DNA of 64,000 nucleotides from Phyllobates terribilis (lineage: Eukaryota). Of this stretch, positions 23,608 through 64,000 are shown in pieces (positions within the stretch are counted from its first letter, which is position 1; every line of letters starts with the position of its first letter). The stretch lies in assembly GCF_046119375.1 (NCBI RefSeq), contig NW_027362762.1, positions 514,104,001 to 514,168,000 on the forward strand. Reading direction: 5' to 3'. A program made the position numbers and the translations under genes. Below the pieces are notes generated by a model that did no database searches, had not been told where the DNA came from, and was given only the letters and a program-made list of their open reading frames with translations.

Positions 23608-24542
23608 CAGTACAGACCAAAAGTTTGGACACACCTTCTCATTTGAAGATTTTTCTGTATTTTCATGACTTTGAAAATTGTACATTCACACTGAAGGCAT
23701 CAAAACTATGAATTAACACATGTGGAATTATATACTTAACAAAAAAGTGTGAAAACAACTGAAAATATGTCTTATATTCTAGGTTCTTCAAAGTAGCCAC
23801 CTTTTGCTTTGATGACTACTTTGCACACTATTGGCATTCTCTTGATGAGCTTCAAGAGGTAGTCACCGGAAATGGTTTTCACTTCACAGGTGTGACCTGT
23901 CAGGTTTAATAAGTGGGATTTCTTGCCTTATAAATGGGGTTGGGACCATCAGTTGTGTTGTGCAGAAGTCAGGTGGATACACAGCTGATAGTCCTACTGA
24001 ATAGACTGTTAGAATTTGTATTATGGCAAGAAAAAAGCAGCTAAGTAAAGAAAAATGAGTGGCCATCATTACTTTAAGAAATGAAGGTCAGTCAGTCCGA
24101 AAAATTGGGCAAACTTTGAAAGTGTCCCCAAGTGCAGTTGCAAAAACCATCAAGCGCTACAAAGAAACTGGCTCACATGAGGACCGCCCCAGGAAAGGAA
24201 GACCAAGAGTCACCTCTGCTTCTGAGGATAAGTTTATCCGAGTCACCAGCCTCAGAAATCGCAGGTTAACAGCAGCTCAGATTAGAGACTACCTCTTGAA
24301 GCTCAACAAGAGAATGCTAAGAGTGTGCAAAGCAGTCATGAAAGCAAAAGGTGGCTACTTTGAAGAACCTAGAATATAAGACATATTTTCAGTTGTTTCA
24401 CACTTTTTTGTTAAGTATATAATTCCACATGTGTTAATTCATAGTTTTGATGCCTTCAGTGTGAATGTACAATTTTCATAGTCATGAAAATACAGAAAAA
24501 TCTTTAAATGAGAAGGTGTGTCCAAACTTTTGGTCTGTACTG
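23608..24542 (+). mobile_element. Internally deleted Tc1 element with long (~0.2 kb) TIRs
   Basis: TA-CAGTACAGACCAAAAGTTTGGACACACC ... GGTGTGTCCAAACTTTTGGTCTGTACTG-TA. Remnant ORF from ATG 24023 (MARKKQLSKEK*VAIITLRNEGQSVRKI...GRPRVTS...) is fused to the C-terminal KAKGGYFEE. Confidence 0.9.
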
Positions 24543-25468
24543 TATGTATATATAGCTACGTGGCATTTTGACAGTGTACCAGAAGCTATGTGGCATTTTG
24601 ATAGTATACCAGGTTCAAAAATTGTCCTGGCTATCAGAGGTGCAAAGTTTTGAGAAAAGCCTGGAAGTGAAAGAGGTAACCTTACATTTTAACGAGTCTC
24701 TAACATGTAAACTCAGCATCCACGCAGTGTATGGCAGGAGTCTTCTACCTATGGCTTTTCCATTTACCATATTAATAACGTGTACTATAGAATGGCATTT
24801 TGATTTCCTAACAGCTACAGGTTTAAGACCACTGCAGTACACATGGGGTCCAGTCTTAAACCCAACAATGGCACCATTCTACTCACTCATTTAACCTTTA
24901 CGCTTATTCTATTCTGCATGGCTAACTTGTTTGTCACCAAGTGATGACTGCTTCTTTCTCAGCAGGTAGGGTCGATGCAAGATGTAATGCAGCTTATTGT
25001 GCTGGCTGTGCTTTGTTCACGTGCAGCATGACCCGGTCTGCACTAAGATCATGCCATCTGATTCTCCTCCTGTAGGTGACGCCTTGCTACTCTGCACTGC
25101 TTTCAAATTGAGGATGCATCAGCTCTAGGTGGACTGCAGAAAGAGAATAGCGTAAAAGCTAGGCAGCTGCCTCTTCTTCTCTCGCTCATCAATTTCTCTT
25201 CTTGGACTTGTCCTGTTGTACCTTGATGCACAACATGAGACAACAGTGCAGAAAAGGGTAAAATAGGTGACATATGTGGAGTTTACAAAGGGTTCAAAAA
25301 GGCTAATAACTGGTCAGAATGAAATATAAATGGTCACGGTTGTTTTAATAAACTGAGCATAAATCAATAGAACAAGCAAATAAAGTTTGTAACATGTTAA
25401 GCAGAAATATATGCTTCTTTCTTCAGTTTATCTGAAAAACTGCTAAAATCGATCCTGTCCAAAACAAG

Positions 25469-26457
25469 TGACGCGCCCCCTAGGACCGTGGGGTACTCGC
25501 CACCGGGTTGGTCGGTTCCTTGGGATAGTCACGGGGGCGTGACCCAGTCCAGGGCCCTGGGCGGTCAATAAAAAGGACAGTTTATTTAGGGGAAAAGTTT
25601 TGTGACGCCATCAGTGGTATGCGGCTATAGGTGGCCGCCGCCGCCGCTGCTGAAAGAGACCGCTGGGGCCGTTGGTGACGCAGCCGGGATGGATTTGCTC
25701 CACACGGGTAGAGCAGGACCCCAGGGCTACCGGTACGGTTTATGTAGGGGATTGTGGATGTTGGGGTGCAGGACTGAGGGTGCAAATAATGACCAGACGC
25801 CACAGGAATGGTGGTTTCCTCTACCTTTACCTGATGTTTGATGGTGCAGACCGGTGCACTGGTAACAGAAGGTAATAGAGATCCGGGCAGCCTAGAAGCA
25901 ATATGGGATCCACCTCGCCCGGTGGGGTTGTAGGCCTTCCTTCTGAGCTGTCCTCTTTGGCCCTGCTGCGGTCCTCTTTCCTGAGTGATCGTTAAATCCT
26001 AGCCCGTATGGCAGGCAGCTCGAGCCTTTTACAGGTGTCGCTCCTTCGTGGCGGCTCCGGGCTCAAGTATGCTGCTGAGCCGCCGGGTGTTTGGTGGGGC
26101 CAGGAGACCTGCGGTCTCCTGCCCTCTGGATTTAGCTGCCGGGACTTCAGTACCCGACTAACCACGGACTCCAGTGTCCGGTTTCTGGCGTTTTTCTCTG
26201 GGCGAGCTTGGTCACAGCTCCCCTCCCCAGGTTCTCCCTTGTCTTCCACTGACTCCCCTAACCCCCGCCTCTGGGCCCCAATTTAAAGGGGAAGCTCCCC
26301 TGAAACCAGGTTAGAGCTCCCCCTTCTGGTCTGGAGCCAGGAAAAGTGTTGGATGCTGGTGTTACCTGATAAAGGGACTCCTCCTTGCTTCCAGGCATGG
26401 CATCACCCCGTGAGGGAGGCAATGCCAATATGGCAACCAGACTCCTGGGGTGCCACA
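25469..26457 (-). mobile_element. Gypsy-type solo LTR A (left unit of a tandem pair)
   Basis: Ends TGACGCGCCCCC...GGGGTGCCACA; preceded by CAAG (25465-25468). Confidence 0.72.
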
Positions 26458-26459
26458 TT

Positions 26460-27654
26460 TGACGCGCTCCCTGGGGCCGTGGAGTACTCGGCACCAGGCC
26501 GGTCGGTTCTTTTGGGATAGTCACGGTGGCGTGACCCGGTCCGTGGCCCCGGGCGGTCAATAACGGGGGGGATAAAGTTTTGGGGATAAAGTTTCGTGAC
26601 ACCACCCGTGGTATGCGGCTATTGGTGGCCGCTGCTGTTCAGATCCACTGGGGCCGTTTGTGACGCAGCAGAGATAGTTCAGCTCTCCACGGGTAGAGCT
26701 AGGCCCCAGGGCAATAAAAGAGGTAGCTTTGTTGTTGGTGTAGTGCAAGGCAGGTGACGCAGCAATTAAGTCAAGGACACAGCAGGGTGTAGTCTTCAAG
26801 TTTTTACTCACAGTTCTTGTGATGTTCCAGGTTACAACTGCCAGCAGGTTATAACAGCCCACCGAGTCCTGTGTCCTCCGGGGAAGTGATCCAGCCAACT
26901 CTCAGATAACTTGGGTGCACTTGATCGGGACCCCCTTCTTGTGTACCTTTCCTGGGTCGTCTCTCTCTGCGCTAGCTCTCACCTTCCTGCCCTGCGCCTC
27001 ACAGTGTCCCGAGCCAGTGGCCGCGAGCCTTGTCAGGCGACGGCCTCTCTGTCCCCTTGGTCCTTTATGGCCACCTTTTCAGCAAATGTGTGTGGTTTTG
27101 GCTACGGTACTTAGAGATACCACAGCCTCTGGTTTGCTAGCTGAGTCTTGCGGTCCTCCACTAGTCTGGGGCCGGTCCTCTACTGCGACCTGATCCCTTT
27201 TCCCGACTACGGTCAGCGTGAGCTCGGGCACGGGTGGACTCTGCACTTCCCGTGCCCCTAGGATCCCTTCTCTGTCTCCCTCGCTCCTCTCGTTCTCTCT
27301 CCTACTGGACCCTACTCCTCAATGGTCCTCACTCACTGGGCGCTTCTAGATGTTTCTACCTGTCTTTTTATACTGTCTGTCATGTGACCCACGTCACTAA
27401 CTGTCACTCTACGTGGTTCCCTCTACCTTCAGTCCTTCCTTGTGTGCTTCCCTAAACTACTTCCTCCACCCACCTCCTCTACCTAGTTCCCTCCTCCAGA
27501 CAGGGACAGGGACTGTGCTCTCCCTCAGGAGCAATCTCACCCTTCCCTACTGGAGTGATGTGGTGTTGGATGTGGGTGTGTGGGTCCCGGGTAGTGCTCC
27601 CTCCTGACAGAGATGCAGTACCTCTGTGGCGACTGGACCCGCAGGGGCGCCACA
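26460..27654 (-). mobile_element. Gypsy-type solo LTR B (right unit of the tandem pair)
   Basis: Ends TGACGCGCTCCC...GGGGCGCCACA; followed by CAAG (27655-27658); separated from A by only TT. Confidence 0.75.
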
Positions 27655-28364
27655 CAAGCTCACTGATGGATCGGGTTACAGATACCTATTGAAGTCTATG
27701 GGGAAAGAAGGAGGAGAGACAGATTGTAGTAATGCTTTATAATAAGTGCTTGCATCACCCAAATGCTGGATTCATAGTTACACCGCTCAGTACTGCTATA
27801 TTATGTACATCATGCTGTTTCTGAATCTGAATGAGCTAGAAAGAGATGTTATGGCAGGTATTTCTCATATCTTTTGGTACTGTTTATGGGAGACATTGCA
27901 CCAGTATTTGGAGACTAGCTGCTGAGACAACTGAAAAACTACATATAGAGCCCCCAGGGGAAAAACTGGTGAAAAATGCAGAATACAAGTCACGGCCAGA
28001 GATAGTTTTATTCCTCTTGTATACTTTATTGTAGTCGTAAAATCAGTGAAAGTAAAATATGTTCTTTATTGGTAGATGCCCTCTCAAATAAGAGTTTAGG
28101 GGTAATATAACTAAATATATGCAGTCTATACTAAATAAATACACCGCTTAACTTTTTTTTGTTATTGTTGGCATAGGTCAGGTCTTTGCTTAGACTTGAC
28201 CTAGGAAAATCATAAGCTTCCAACTTTTGGGGGAACAGATTAGGGAAGGTACTTTTCACCTGGGCACAAAGTAAGGTCCATAAAGGCATGATTGTATAAG
28301 TTTGGTGTCTAAGAATTTGACTAACTCCTCACCTTACTGGAAATATGTCAGCACAAAATGACTG

Positions 28365-28583
28365 TTCAAACCAAGTACAGGCACTCAGTGCACACTTTGT
28401 GTCGCCAAGCATTTAAGTGCACCTTCCCACCTACTTGTTTTCCATCTATCTTCACACACTCTTCTTTTATTGACAGGTCTGGCATTATAGAGCCATAGAA
28501 GGATGGAAAATACAGAGGTGGAAAGGTGCACTTAAATGTTTGGCCACGCCAAGGTTGCACCAAGCACCTGTACTTGGTTTGAA
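28365..28583. repeat. Inverted repeat / hairpin (MITE-like) downstream of the MAP7D1 stop
   Basis: Perfect 17-bp outer IR TTCAAACCAAGTACAGG / CCTGTACTTGGTTTGAA; inner IR CATTTAAGTGCACCTT-CCACCT / AGGTGG-AAGGTGCACTTAAATG. Confidence 0.8.
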
Positions 28584-28599
28584 GAATCATTGTGTGCGG

Positions 28600-28715
28600 T
28601 CAGTCACTTTAACCTCATCAAAAACCTTTGGGATAAACTAAAACAGAGTTTGCGATCAACATTTTCTCGTCCAACATCAGTGTCTGACCTCATAAATGCT
28701 CTTCTGGGTGAATAG
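28600..28715 (+). mobile_element. Degenerate Tc1 transposase C-terminal remnant
   Basis: Translates to a decayed NL.K.LWDKLKQ...RPTSVSDL.NALL segment, like the Tc1 LNPIE.LW...L region. Confidence 0.55.
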
Positions 28716-29012
28716 CACAGAGATCAATGTAAAGCTGGTTAACAGTGTAGCAGGATTCTTTCCATGAGTGCAATCCATGTGAAAGATTACTTTCCGTCCA
28801 TACATTGACTCCCCTACTCCATTACAAAAATATGGGGAGGTAACAGAGGTACATACATAATCAGAGACAAGCATATAATAAATAATATATAAACAAACAA
28901 TACCCCAACTTACCACTTTAGTGCTAGCACAAATGAACTTGAAATATGTTGTTTCAATGTAATGCAAAGAGACAAGCAATAATTCACAACTGTGGATGTA
29001 ACACTGTGAGGT

Positions 29013-29018
29013 TTTATT
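29013..29018 (-). promoter_or_regulatory. Candidate MAP7D1 polyadenylation signal AATAAA
   Basis: TTTATT on plus, ~490 nt past the stop codon. Other candidates at 29143, 28466, 28065 and 28025. Confidence 0.4.
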
Positions 29019-29503
29019 TACAGAATTCACATACATCATTGTACCCAGCAGTCTCTTCTTATTAAATAGCTAAATAATTAGGAACACCAACAAGCTCATT
29101 CCCACATTTTCAATCATGGCCGGGATATTCCACTTTAATCATTTTATTCTTTTTATGTTTCTTCTCGTCTTGTGAGCTAAACCTTGTCAGTCTTGTTTTA
29201 ATATAAGGTGCATGTTAAAAAGAAAAAAAAAAGAACACAAAAAATTGTAATAACACTAAGTGTCCAGTATTTGTCAAAAGTAGATAGATTGTGGCACTGG
29301 TCTCCTAGTTGTAACCATCATCATTGAAGTTAACATATTCCTTTCGGCTCGTTCAGATCATAGAGCCATCAGCAGTGGAAACCATTTTGCTTTCAAGCAA
29401 ACCGCAGAAAGACTAAAAACACAATGATTTTTGTCCCAAAGTTTCTGCTAGTTTCCCAAGGTCCTCTCAGCCAACAGGAACTCAGACGTAATGTTGAAAA
29501 CTG

Positions 29504-61875
<32,372 letters not shown>

Positions 61876-63064
61876 CTAAAAAATATACAAAATATGAATA
61901 CCACTTAGTAACATATTAGGGCATCACATGATTCAACATCCTCAAGGCCTAGCTGCAACTCAGTACATTACACATTCAGTCAAATTCTGCAACAAACCAG
62001 TATTCATCCCAAAAGTAAAGTAAAACTATTGAATATAGAAAATAGAACTGACTACATTAGGCTCTAAACTGCCTAGACTGATGAATGATACAAATGGTGG
62101 AGCAGAAATATTGGAAGCCTTCAGGAAACGAGATGGAAAGTATATTATATTGTATATGCAAGAACTTTTATTTGCGGAAATTATAACTCCTTTAAATATG
62201 CAAATTCAGAGAAAACTGTACACCAGAGAGTCAATTATGTGTTATCATCCCAGGAATAATATGGAAGACATAAATAGAGATAGCACTTTGTTTTGTTTTC
62301 TTAATCATTTTTAATGTTTTTCTGCATTCAATATTTCAGTTTTTAAGCAGAAAATACAAAACGCTGATGTAATGTATAGGAAATGGATGTTTATTATTAT
62401 TTTTGCCTTTTTCGGAGCATAAACAATGACATATACAGTGGTTGGACTGAATTATTTCTTCCTGCCTGAACCCTTGCCATCAAATTATGTTATGTTGGCA
62501 AACTTTCAATCACTCTCTTTCTTCTCTTTACCAAGGCAGCAGCTAATTCAAGATCCAAATTGCATCGTTGAATTAATAACCCTCATGCTATTTATTGCAC
62601 TTTATATTTTATTAAAATTAGAAATACATACAGACCGATTAATATTTTATAGGCCAGTTTTGGGCTAGGTAGTTTGGGATTGATATTTATCATGAAATCT
62701 CACAGTAAATGGTATTTGATGCTATTACTTGACCACAAGGCTTATAAGGCTCAGCTTGGACATTCAAGGGCCCTCTCTACCCCTTTCAGGTAAATTGGAC
62801 GTGGTTTAATGACCATATTTGTAGGTTCTGTAACATAATATTCTTTAAAGTGATTGTCCGACACCAATAGTGAATTTCATATTATAGGTCTACCTATTTT
62901 AATTACTATTCTAACCACGTTTCTAATATACTTCACTAGCTCTTTCTATTCTAACCTCCAGTCTTTTTTTACTTCATTCCAATGATGATTCGTTTGAGTC
63001 TCCCAGCATACACTGGGGATTCAGAAACAGATCATCATCATCAGGGGCAAGGTGCTGTCACTTA

Positions 63065-63909
63065 GACTATGTGCCCACGATGCGTTTTTTAAGCGTTTCC
63101 GCAGTGGCAAAAACGCTGCAAATGCTTAAAAAACGCATGGTAGAAGGTCTGCCATGTTCCCCAATGATAATCCGCATGTGTTGTGCACATGCTGCAGAAA
63201 TTTCCGCTGCGGATTATCATTGCGGAAAAAAACGCAGCACTACCAATTATTTTGCGGAAGCGCTGCGTTTTCACCGCCATTGACTCGCTTGGATTCCGCA
63301 TCACTGCATCTGTAGATGCACATTCCATGCATTTCTATGTGCGGATGGTACCCGGGTGTGGAGGACAGGAGACTCTCCTCCGGACCCGGGTACCATAGAA
63401 CCTGTAAAAAAAATAATAAAATAAAACATAAATATGATACTTACCTTTTGATGGCCCCCCCGGTGTGCTTGTCTTCGCTTGCTTCGCGGTGGAGTGAAGG
63501 ACCTGCGCTGAGGTCATAGTCATGTGGCGGCAGGTCCTTCAGTGTAGTGAACCGCGAGCTACCGGTAAGCCAGGACGGAGCGAAGCAAGACACCGGGGGC
63601 CATCAGAAGGTAAGTATAGAAATATTTTTTTATTTTCTACCATTCTTTCGGTCACACTATATAGATCCATGCCGGTTGCATGGATTTATATAGTGTGACC
63701 AAGTTGTCAAGCACTTTCCAAGTGATGCTAAAATCGCTTGGAAAGCGCTTGTCAACCCGCATGCAGAAATGCATGTGAAGAACGCTTCACATCTGAATGT
63801 CCCTGGCAGGAAAAACGCATGTACAATCCGCATGCTTTTTTTCTGCTAGGGATATGCAGAAACGCTCAGGAAAAAATCCTGAGCATTTCTGCATCGTGGG
63901 CACATAGCC
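63065..63909. mobile_element. PIF/Harbinger-type MITE, second copy of the 7451..8384 family
   Basis: TTA-GACTATGTGCCCAC ... GTGGGCACATAGCC-TTA; internal blocks shared with the first copy. Confidence 0.85.
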
Positions 63910-64000
63910 TTACTTGGCATCCTTTTCCTCCCTGAAATGAAGAATCGAAGGGCAGTGTGGTAGTCACTGGACAGTTGCTTTCCTCGCTTTGAAATGAAAA

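Noticed and set aside
24950-25250. Unique-looking sequence that might be an exon of a neighbouring gene such as THRAP3
   Set aside because: No convincing ORF with splice sites and no recognisable peptide.

Overview
Repeat-dense vertebrate DNA, most likely from a frog (inferred from TTAA T2-type MITEs, hAT ends TAGAGATGAGC/TAGTGTTGAGC and the L1/Tc1/Gypsy content). The right half carries 17 coding exons of MAP7D1 on the minus strand (61875 to 29504). All are GT-AG and phase-compatible, giving 2531 nt of CDS that ends EVL-stop; the first coding exon lies beyond the window. The left half is nested mobile DNA. It starts with the uninterrupted pol and 3' LTR of a Ty3/Gypsy element. There are four Gypsy-type solo LTRs, two of them joined head-to-tail inside one 4-bp TSD, and a ~4 kb piggyBac-like non-autonomous element holding two MITEs. 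An 11.8 kb hAT element (perfect 8-bp TSD) carries a frameshifted BED-finger transposase between related ~110-bp tandem arrays, a partial self-duplication, a DD37E Tc1-like copy, an L1 fragment, a solo LTR and an 18S rRNA fragment. The most interesting feature is in MAP7D1 intron 3: a ~1 kb Penelope-like insertion (19-bp TSD) inside a Chapaev3-like transposon, whose ~180-bp inverted arms each contain a minimal hammerhead ribozyme motif. The intact motif is in the sense of the MAP7D1 pre-mRNA. All coordinates were read by hand and family names come from recalled motifs, not database searches.
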